A stretch of 64,000 nt of DNA from Podospora anserina (lineage: Eukaryota), in NCBI GenBank assembly GCA_017654855.1, contig CM030332.1, positions 1 through 64,000 of the forward strand, written 5' to 3'. Below the pieces are notes generated by a model. It was not told the origin of the DNA and made no database searches. It saw only the letters and a program-made list of their open reading frames with translations. Below are positions 62,219 to 64,000 of this stretch, piece after piece. Position numbers and translations under genes: made by a program. Numbering within the stretch: the stretch's first letter is position 1; every line of letters begins with the position of its first letter.

Positions 62219-62936
62219 GTTGAATTTTGAGGCCGACCACTGAACAGAGGATGGTTGGTTTGGTCCAAGAGCGCCAGCACTTTGATGACAGGGATGGTGC
62301 GCGGTGTGGTGATTGATGGATTTGGCTTGTGGTTGCTGCTGTTTGATGCTGTGGTGAGTGAGTGGAATCAAGGTCGCGCGATTGCGCGCCCTCACGTGCA
62401 AAATTAATCGAGGCGCAGGCTCAGAGCCGCAGGCGCGTCACAGGCCACCAACAGAACCTGGCCCGTGCACCGTGCCTGGAAAAGTGGGACGGCTTCCGCT
62501 CGACATCAGGACGCGTCGCGGTCTTTGAGCTCAGCTCCCCTACTAGCAAAACACGCAAAGCTGGCCAGTAGTGGTATATAAAATGACACCAGCCTGGAAG
62601 CCTTTTTGGAACCATTTGTTCAGCGCCACGGAGTCAAATCTCAGACAACCACATCGCCAGCAAGTTCGGCATGAAGGATTGTTATGCGAGGTGTTGAAGG
62701 AGCTCACAGAGCAGGTGTAAATTTTAAAAATGGTGATCTGTAGTCCAGCTCTCCGAATCATCCACAAGACCCATGGCAGAGAAGCGAGAATCTCATCTGT
62801 GCTGCGGGTCTGTTCAGTTTTCGAGTCATCGTGGAGCCTGATGCAGCTGCAGCAACACGACCCGAAGGCATTTCCAAAGAGCTTGGAATTGACAAACCAA
62901 TCATCGTCTATGAGCGTAGATACTACGGCTGTTAGA

Positions 62937-64000
62937 TCACAATCTAGCCCTAAGTGGCTCTTGTTTCACCTCCTCCTCTGCCCTTTCCCTCTCCTTCTCA
63001 AACCCCCTGAGTTTGTGAGCCACCATGCCCTTCCAAACTGTCAGCCACTCATCGCAAAATGCGGGCAGCATTCGGCCTGTTGTTCCCTCCTTGGGATCGC
63101 CCGCAATTTTTCTCAAAAACTCGAAAAAGTCTCTGTAATCCGGAGCAATGCTGTAATAGTCTTTGCCCCCTTTCTTGGCAGCCGCTCTCTTTGCTTCCCA
63201 GCGTTGTTGGTCAGCAACTGGTGGTAACGGCTGAGCACGACCAGCCAAGTGACGAGCCACGGCAACGGCTTGCCACTCATATACCTTGAATGTAAACCCT
63301 CCTCCAAGCTGGCTTTCAGTTAGTTACCACAGCGTAGGTAGAACAAAAGATTGACAACATACCATACCAACAAATGTGAGTGTTGGGTCGAGAATATCAA
63401 ACGTATGCTGATAAACGCCCGGAAGTCTCCTGTATGCTTTCTCCACTCTCTCCTGAACGACTGGTAGAAACGGAAAGCTGAACGTGTAGCCGGTAGCAAA
63501 GATGATATGGTCCACATCCTTGACTTTGGATCCGTCCGTGAAAAAGACTGTCCCTGTCGTCGGACACAGACTTGATATCTGCTTCTTGATCACAATGTGA
63601 GGGTGTATGAACGGCGTCCAGCCAAACGATGGGATCGGATCTCCTCTGATGGAAGAAATGAGGGGCTTTTGGGCAAAAGGAAGGATTTCATGCACGATTT
63701 CATGAGCGGAAACTGACCCACCCACAACAATCACTTTCTATGTCTTGTTAGCATCAAGCAATCAATAAAAAAAAAGAACTTACTTTTCCCTTGTACTTTT
63801 CCCCGTTCCTAAAATGTTTGCTATGCTGGATTCTCCCCGGCCAGCGTTTGTCAAATTCAATCAATCCTTCCGTCTCTGGAATCCAAGGGACATTATAATG
63901 TCCACTTGCCACGACCAACCCGTCAAACCTCTCCTGCCACCAATAGTCCTTGTCTTCTTGCCCGTCTTTCCGAAGAGTCAGCACCCACTCCCCGTCGACC
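62937..64000 (-). CDS. Flavin-containing monooxygenase (FMO-like), 3' part; the gene continues beyond the window
   Basis: FDGLVVASGHYNVP, the FMO fingerprint IQHSKHFR, VVGGSVSA and IIFATGY. Introns at ~63738-63783 and ~63309-63362. Confidence 0.93.

Overview
This is the left end of a chromosome from a RIP-competent filamentous ascomycete. It looks like a Sordariomycete, and the LTR architecture resembles Podospora (inference). Bases 1-29 are the telomere (CCCTAA)n. Bases 30-~23,900 are an AT-rich, RIP-mutated subtelomere. Its distal 16.5 kb is an organised unit in this order: a ~95-bp tandem array, a full-length 4.7-kb telomere-linked helicase (TLH) relic on the minus strand with its frame intact, a GC-rich tandem array, a divergent DUF3716-like gene relic, a 202-bp tandem array, and a short palindrome-bearing end. 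A second, truncated copy of that unit follows. After manually undoing RIP, the TLH relic shows a tyrosine-recombinase-like R...K...R...H...Y constellation between its N-terminal Cys/His domain and its RecQ motifs, and the whole unit is studded with CGTACG. I propose this as a candidate self-mobilising telomeric element. From 16.5 to 24 kb lie nested solo LTRs and a RIP'd Fot1/pogo element. From 24 to 42 kb is a TE-rich transition zone: a MITE, two more pogo elements, a Mutator element, nested LTRs, an APH-like kinase, a HeLo-like pseudogene and a GH11 xylanase. From 43 to 64 kb is gene-dense: RTA1, a CE4/CBM18 pseudogene, an FAD monooxygenase with a membrane C-terminal domain, two secreted Cys-rich proteins, an MFS transporter, a HeLo-like/RhoGAP protein, a methyltransferase, a SnoaL protein and a partial FMO. 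All family calls are from motif recognition by eye; no searches were run.
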